Assembly: GCA_963817385.1 (NCBI GenBank)
Contig: CAWFOM010000005.1
Location: 320,001 to 384,000 of the forward strand
Length of the DNA stretch: 64,000 nt
Reading direction: 5' to 3'
Source: an uncultured delta proteobacterium
GTDB lineage: Bacteria; Desulfobacterota; Syntrophia; Syntrophales; UBA5619
Shown: in pieces, positions 63,860 to 64,000 of the stretch
How the letters are laid out: each line of letters opens with the position of its first letter
How positions within the stretch are numbered: position 1 is the first letter of the stretch
The notes under the pieces: generated by a model
What the model saw: only the letters and a program-made list of their open reading frames with translations
Databases searched by the model: none
What the model was told of the DNA's origin: nothing
Made by a program: the position numbers and the translations under genes

Positions 63860-64000
63860 ATGAAAATCCCTTCTTGGAAATCGTTTAAGAATGAGTGTTC
63901 GGCACTCATAATTGATAAAAAGAGAAGATACATCTTACTAGCCGGGGTCGTGTTACTTTTCTGTGGTCTTGCGTTCTGGTTATTCCCTTATTTTGAAGGA
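63860..64000 (+). CDS. Probable GspM/PilO-like protein (partial)
   Basis: ATG 63860 MKIPSW...KKRRYILLAGVVLLF TM helix; position after gspL. Confidence 0.5.
   Translation, partial: MKIPSWKSFKNECSALIIDKKRRYILLAGVVLLFCGLAFWLFPYFEG

Overview
GC-rich bacterial chromosome segment, most consistent with a syntrophic fatty-acid oxidiser of the Syntrophales (Desulfobacterota; inferred from gene content). The backbone carries acyl-CoA dehydrogenases, rpe, waaA, a four-subunit 2-oxoacid:ferredoxin oxidoreductase operon, hflX, a porin, the acs-etfBA-membrane FeS oxidoreductase-CoA ligase cluster and two thiolases. Two visibly lower-GC catabolic islets are embedded (about 10.2-25.3 kb and 38.2-42.6 kb). 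Both carry tripartite tricarboxylate transporters and lyases/aldolases. An LPS glycosyltransferase cluster follows, then a type II secretion operon headed by a CFI-box-CTERM surface protein. About a dozen genes are split by 1-2 bp indels that look like long-read errors. The most notable observations are: (1) a complete leucine-type ribosome-mediated attenuator in front of the oxidoreductase operon; (2) a sigma54-like promoter, a CFI-box-CTERM beta-propeller gene and a T2SS in one operon; (3) an uncharacterised CoA-transferase/lyase island with a duplicated GntR promoter; (4) an apparently degenerate acyl-CoA ligase; (5) an ATC start for hflX; and (6) a looped-out perfect SD in the porin leader. 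No tRNA, rRNA, CRISPR array, integrase or transposase was seen.
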